DNA of 62,675 nucleotides, filler included, from Hausera hauseri (taxonomy: Eukaryota): assembly GCA_046269625.1 (NCBI GenBank). It is 11 parts of 11 records of this genome, joined end to end, with 100 filler letters (N's around TTAATTAATTAA, not from the genome) between each part and the next. Parts side by side here need not be neighbours in the genome. Positions count along the whole stretch, not along the records: positions 58,311 to 62,675 come from JBJURY010615998.1; 10 more parts are not named here. The stretch is one strand, 5' to 3'. The translations under genes and the position numbers were made by a program. Shown here in pieces: positions 60,390-62,675 of this stretch. The notes beneath the pieces are model-generated. The model saw nothing but the letters and a program-made list of their open reading frames with translations, searched no databases and was not told the origin of the DNA. The stretch's first letter is position 1. The number at the start of each line of letters is the position of its first letter.

Positions 60390-62650
60390 AATGACAAAAG
60401 TTAGGCAGGTTGCTACAAAACTGTTGTCATTTCCTGTATTTGGTTATGGCCGTGATCGTATCGACAACGTTCTTCCAACGCACAAAAATATTGAGACTCT
60501 ATTGGCTTATACAACTCAGATTAAAATCGGAAAGAGGAGGCCAACATCCATTTGTAAAATAGGTATCTGAATTAGATGCTTAGAAGGTTAAGAATTTATG
60601 GCGCAAGGCATCAATTCCGATTGTCAGTCATAAAAGAATTCTCAAAAAAATTAAACAGTACAATGATAGATATCAGAAACTTATTAAACCGTTTAAAACA
60701 AGGCAGCATTGCCACAGTTACCAAGTAAAACTGATGGTGTTTCTTGAATAGGCCAAAAAATTGTTTAATATTGTATCATGCAAATGCGATTTCAGTAACT
60801 GTGTATGTAACTCAGTTTGTCGTGTTCCACAAGAAGAAAAGAAATTTCTTATTGATCATCGAACTGTAAGATTGATGTTCATTGGATCTATTGACAAAAC
60901 GTGCAACAGACAAATTTAAAAGAAAGGCAGACAGGATCTCAAAAGCAGAAGCCCGTACGCAACTAACGACACTGAAATAGTTAACTGCGAAAAATTTCGT
61001 TTCTCAGTGAGTCATCTGAAAGTTCGGACCTCTCCGTTTCCGACAGATCTAATTGTGAATATAATTCGTCATAGAGAGCCTCATGTGACAAACAATTAAC
61101 GAGCAAAGGCGATTTAAAACAGAAGAGACAAAGATTTCAATGCTTGGCGAAAACAGAAGACAGATACGGTGTAAATAACCGAGCAGCTGCAGCCATCGCT
61201 TCATCTGTGTTGGAGGATGTTGGAATCATTGACTGTGATGATTTGTGAAAAGTTGTAGACAAGAGCAAAGTCACACGGGAGCGGGTTATAGCAAGAAACA
61301 TTTTACTGTCTAAAACACAAACTAGCTGTTTACAAGGGCTGCATTTTCATAGGCGGAAAGATAATAGTTCAATGTCTCTAAAACTCGGATATAAGTATCA
61401 ACGCAGAACAGTTCTGCAGTAGCATTATGTTTTAGTTCTGTAACCAAAAGATCAGTACATAGGTAATGTATATCCCAAATCTGGCTCAGCAAGACATATT
61501 GCCTCTGCTGTTACTGAATTTCTCACTTCCAACAACATTAACATTGGTGACTTCTTAGCAGTTGGATGCGATGGAACCGCGGTTAATACATGACACAAAG
61601 GCAGAATTTTAGAACAGCAGCTTAAACNNNNNNNNNNGCTTAAACGACCTCTACAGTGGTTTATCTTTCAATTACACGCTAAAGAACTTTTGCTGAGACA
61701 CATGATTTCACACGTCGATTGTGCCGGAACAACAGGATCGTACACCTTTTCAGGTGCAATTGGCAAGCAACTAGAAACCTGCGATAAGAAAGCTGTTCAA
61801 CAATTCAGACCTATTGAAATCATATTATCCGAAATTGACGTTAACGATCCCAGTACTGATCAGAAGTGTCGACTGAATATGTGCAAAACTATTAAGTCCG
61901 ACAACTACTCTTGGAAACGTGTAACACTAAACCTGGTAAAATGTCACATGCGCGGTGGATGACAACTGCAAATCGTATACTGAGGTTAGATGTGGCCACC
62001 TCAGATCCACGCGATCAGTTAGTTACACTGGCACAGTTTGTGGTAAAAGTTTACGCACGAGTACGGTTTTGTACCAAAACAAAGCCGTCATGAAAGTATG
62101 GTGGCTTACATGTGTGGGAAATAATTGACTTTTCCCGGTATCTGGATGACTCACTCAGAAAAGTGACATCCTGTAATTCAACGAAATGCGTTTTTCACAC
62201 ATCCGGAAAATCTATTGCTGCGTATGTTAGTTGACAATCGTCAACACGTAAGAAAGTTTGCGCTTAGAAGAATGTTAAAATCAAAGAAATTTACAAAGGC
62301 AATTCGCCAGTTCAACGTATAATCTTTAAACTTTGCTGCATCAGATTACATCGATCTGATAAGTTGGAGCGCTTGTGCTGTAACTGTTCCACCTATTCCT
62401 TCATAGATGTCAGAAGCACAGCTGCACTCTCATTTCTCGTCACGTCTCGTCAGTGATAAACATTGACAGATTTCCATGCCATACCCAGAGCATGGAAAGG
62501 TGCATAAAATTTGTGACGGAGGCTGCAGCTGCAGTTTGTGGTCCTGAGGCAAGAGATGGCTACATCAAGTCAAAGTTAAGGTCACGCGAAATACTGGCAA
62601 ATTTTGATACAAAACGTGATTGCCACTCACAAAGCTTTGAATTTGTATAG
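60390..62650 (+). mobile_element. Decayed hAT-superfamily (probably hATm-type) transposase
   Basis: W..ASIP, LF.I..CKC, DRYGV.NRAAAAIASSVL.DVG, AVGCDGTAVNT, RPLQWFI.QLH..EL.LRH, HARW.TTANRILR, NAFF.HPENLL and PCHTQ..ERC.K.VTEA...VCG...RDG.I. Subgroup assignment is from memory. Confidence 0.8.
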
Positions 62651-62675
62651 TTCCATAGTGACTAAACAGTAATTA

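Noticed and set aside
1-62675. tRNA or rRNA genes
   Set aside because: Only short PBS complements of tRNA 3' ends were seen; no full cloverleaf or rRNA signature.

Overview
This window is not one continuous locus. It is 11 short, AT-rich animal (invertebrate-like) contigs joined by ten artificial 100-bp spacers (44 N + TTAATTAATTAA + 44 N) at 5862, 10069, 14714, 24927, 29664, 34407, 44393, 49047, 53420 and 58211, so adjacency across spacers is meaningless. Most of the sequence is decayed mobile DNA: six Ty3/gypsy-type LTR retrotransposon fragments, four Polinton/Maverick (adintovirus-like) fragments, two mariners, a pogo-like element, two hAT-type elements and a non-LTR RNase H remnant. Host sequence includes an apparently intact single-exon ARAP/centaurin-delta gene, a NEK kinase exon, a decayed SET + eIF2-beta pair 53 bp apart, and a tandem RFX X-box promoter. 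The most striking observation is that two diverged gypsy elements encode a ubiquitin-like domain ending RLKGG or RIR(D/G)G in frame immediately before Gag. A third gypsy Gag ORF runs into a ubiquitin-like domain at its C-terminus. Two LTR elements also carry unrelated viral envelope genes (chuvirus-like G and baculovirus-F/errantivirus-like Env) in an unusual position: one directly upstream of protease, the other after gag with no pol between. All family assignments come from motif recognition by eye; no searches were run.
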